Assembly (NCBI GenBank): GCA_964514965.1
Contig: CAZETV010000001.1
Span: 753,063 to 785,062, forward strand
Length of the DNA stretch: 32,000 nt
DNA from: Candidatus Hadarchaeota archaeon
GTDB taxonomy: Archaea; Hadarchaeota; Hadarchaeia; Hadarchaeales; Hadarchaeaceae
Direction of reading: 5' to 3'
A program made the position numbers and the translations under genes. Shown piece after piece: positions 29,920 to 32,000 of the stretch (position 1 is its first letter; each line of letters starts with the position of its first letter). The notes beneath the pieces are model-generated. The model ran no database searches. It saw only the letters and a list, made by a program, of their open reading frames with translations, and was not told the DNA's origin.

Positions 29920-31272
29920 TTATCCGGTTAGACTTTGGATTGGGGAAGGTATTCTCCCGCCCCTCGATACAAATTTTGATGAACTAAATTTGCCCACCTT
30001 CATCACCGGCGCTCTCCCTAACAGCCCCCCTAATTCTACCCATTCTCCCTCTTTTCCCATCGGGATTATCCTTACACCGGTTGCCTTATCGTTCGCGACG
30101 CCTATCGCGCATTCGTCCGCGATGACCGCGGCGATAGTTTCCGATGGTGTCTTGCTTGGCACCACTATCATGTCCAAACCAACTGAACAGACCGAAGTCA
30201 TCGCCTCTAACTTATCTAAACTCATGGCGCCCTCAGCCACCGCTTCAGCCATGTCCTTGTCTTCGCTGACGGGGATGAATGCCCCAGATAAGCCACCCAC
30301 ATATGAGGTCGCCATCACTCCCCCCTTCTTCACGGCATCCGTAAGAATGGCAAGCGCTGCAGTACTGCCATGAGTTCCACATTTTTCCACCCCCATGGCT
30401 TCAATTATTCCCGCGACCGAATCGCCTTCAAAAGGAGTTGGGGCCAACGATAAGTCAATAATCCCGAATTTAACGTTCAACCTTCTCGCCATTTCCCGCC
30501 CGACTAGCTCTCCAACCCTCGTTATCTTAAATGCAGTTTGCTTGATTTTCTCGGCCAGCTCTCCGAAATCAGCATCACTAAGCTTTTCTACTACAGCTCT
30601 AATGACGCCGGGGCCTGAAATTCCAACGTTGACGCTGTTCTCTGCCTCTCCAACACCGTGAAAGGCCCCTGCCATGAACGGATTATCAGGAGGGGCATTC
30701 GCGAAGGTAACAAGTTTGGCACAGCTCAATGGATTAATTGATGCGCATTCCTTCACCGCCTTTCCCATCCTAAGCACGGCGTCCATGTTGATTCCACTTT
30801 TAGTAGTTGCGACGTTTACAGAGGAACATAATCGCTTGGTTTTGTTCAGCACCTTCGGGATGGAATCAATCAAGAGCTCGTCTCCCTTGGTGAACCCTTT
30901 GTGCACTAGAGCGGAGTACCCTCCAATATAGTCCACTTTCAATTTTTCGGCAGCCACGTCCACACATTTCGCCAATTTCACGCAAGTACTCTCTTTTTTG
31001 GTGTTCAATGCGTCCAACAAGGAAGCTAGGGGAGTAACAGCAATCCTTTTATTGACAATCGGCAGCCCATATTTCATCTCCACTTCCTTTGCTTCTTTGA
31101 CGAGGTCACAGCCTACCGAGGTGATTTTTTTGTAGACCTTTTTGCACATTCGGTCGATATTCGGATCAATACATCCACCAAGATTTATCCCCAAGGTAAC
31201 TGTTCGAATGTCCAGCCGTTCAAAATTAATCATCTTTATCGTTTCGGCTATCTCTTCCTTGGAAAACTGCAT
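29920..31272 (-). CDS. PFL-family protein (UPF0210)
   Basis: [99 protein letters not shown]; paired with an ACT-domain protein. Confidence 0.88.
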   Translation of the reverse strand: MQFSKEEIAETIKMINFERLDIRTVTLGINLGGCIDPNIDRMCKKVYKKITSVGCDLVKEAKEVEMKYGLPIVNKRIAVTPLASLLDALNTKKESTCVKLAKCVDVAAEKLKVDYIGGYSALVHKGFTKGDELLIDSIPKVLNKTKRLCSSVNVATTKSGINMDAVLRMGKAVKECASINPLSCAKLVTFANAPPDNPFMAGAFHGVGEAENSVNVGISGPGVIRAVVEKLSDADFGELAEKIKQTAFKITRVGELVGREMARRLNVKFGIIDLSLAPTPFEGDSVAGIIEAMGVEKCGTHGSTAALAILTDAVKKGGVMATSYVGGLSGAFIPVSEDKDMAEAVAEGAMSLDKLEAMTSVCSVGLDMIVVPSKTPSETIAAVIADECAIGVANDKATGVRIIPMGKEGEWVELGGLLGRAPVMKVGKFSSSKFVSRGGRIPSPIQSLTG

Positions 31273-31275
31273 GAC

Positions 31276-31548
31276 CTACACCCTGTGCATGTATTTGAAA
31301 AGCCCTTCGTGCTGCATTATAATCTTAACTTTCTGTTTAGCAGCAACCCTATCTAGCACCTTTTGAACCTCGCTTCTCTTGACCTCACTTACGTCCACGA
31401 GCATAATCATGGTGAAGAACTCTTGCAAAATAGTTTGACTTATGTCCTCGATATTGACCTTTAACTTAGCCAACTCCGTTGTGACAGCAGCTACTATACC
31501 AGGGTGGTCAACCCCCGTAACTGTAATCACGGCTCGCTCCTTCGTCAC
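31276..31548 (-). CDS. ACT-domain protein (UPF0237-like)
   Basis: AVITVTGVDHPGIVAAVTTELAKLKVNIEDISQTILQEFFTMIMLVDVS; immediately upstream of the PFL-family gene. Confidence 0.88.
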   Translation of the reverse strand: MTKERAVITVTGVDHPGIVAAVTTELAKLKVNIEDISQTILQEFFTMIMLVDVSEVKRSEVQKVLDRVAAKQKVKIIMQHEGLFKYMHRV

Positions 31549-31629
31549 AAATCCCCATTTTTAAAGTTTACATTAATTAGTTAATAAATGTAATAATTTG
31601 TTGTAGTTTAGCGGTAGTGAGGGATAAAA

Positions 31630-32000
31630 ACGGGAAGTGTAAAAGATCTGGAAATTATAAGCCAGCCAGCCGGCAATAAAATGGGAGTCGGCAGATTTCA
31701 CTTTTCTGACCGCTACTCCGTGTTCGACTGGGGAGAAATGCCAGACCACCTCATCAACAAGGGAGCTGCGTTATGCATGATGGGCGCTTACTGTTTCGAG
31801 AAATCGGAGGAAAACGGGATAAAAACCCATTATAGGGGTGTAGTAGGGCGAGATGGGAAAGTTGTCAGAGCCGACGAACTGCGCGAACCTACTGATACAA
31901 TGGAAATAAATTTAGTCCGAGTAATTCGCCCGAAAAAAGGGAGCGGAACCAATTATGATTATAGCGCCTTTAAACATGCCTTTGTAAATTTTTTGATACC
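31630..32000 (+). CDS. purC: Phosphoribosylaminoimidazole-succinocarboxamide synthase (partial, runs off the window; probable ACG start)
   Basis: Read manually: (ACG)GSVKDLEIISQPAGNKMGVGRFHFSDRYSVFDWGEMPDHLINKGAALCMMGAYCFEKSEENGIKTHYRGVVGRDGKVVRADELREPTDTMEINLVRVIRP... Matches the archaeal PurC N-terminal pattern (SVKD...SVFDWGEMPD...KG). Confidence 0.85.

Noticed and set aside
17430-31278. Genome-wide reassignment of TAG as a sense codon (pyrrolysine code)
   Set aside because: TAG terminates at least eight genes here (CBS protein, pyrC, purM, folD, purD, purN, carA, ACT protein) at positions matching expected protein ends, and readthrough of several gives only very short tails. A global recode is unlikely; only the purF-like TAG is internal to conserved sequence.

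Overview
The window is a dense archaeal-type nucleotide-biosynthesis island, probably from an uncultured archaeon. From left to right it carries: a partial M28 peptidase, a Kef/NapA-like antiporter and a CBS-domain protein; a full set of recognisable UMP-pathway genes (pyrD, pyrK, pyrC, pyrB, pyrI, pyrF, pyrE, and carA/carB further right); and nearly all IMP-pathway genes (purQ, purL, purS, purM, folD, purB, purE, a purF-like gene, purD, purN, purH and the 5' part of purC). It also carries the GMP synthase ATPase subunit, a stand-alone FMN glutamate synthase domain protein, and a UPF0210 (PFL)/ACT pair. I found no credible CRISPR array, mobile element, rRNA or tRNA by eye. The strongest observations are: (1) CarA has lost two glutaminase catalytic residues (Cys->Ser in GISLGHQ, His->Tyr in QYYPE), so the enzyme may use ammonia. 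(2) The purF-like gene is really about 1.41 kb, interrupted by one in-frame TAG codon with family-like sequence on both sides, and its N-terminus is MSGIFG rather than MCGIFG, so a second glutaminase nucleophile is missing. (3) PurE looks like the class II (CO2-using, metazoan-like) type, which fits the absence of purK. (4) Three gene junctions share an identical-length TAG-GGG-N6-ATG architecture. (5) A 57-aa zinc-ribbon ORF is missed by the supplied ORF track. (6) purC appears to start at ACG. All family assignments come from motif recognition by reading; no database search was run.
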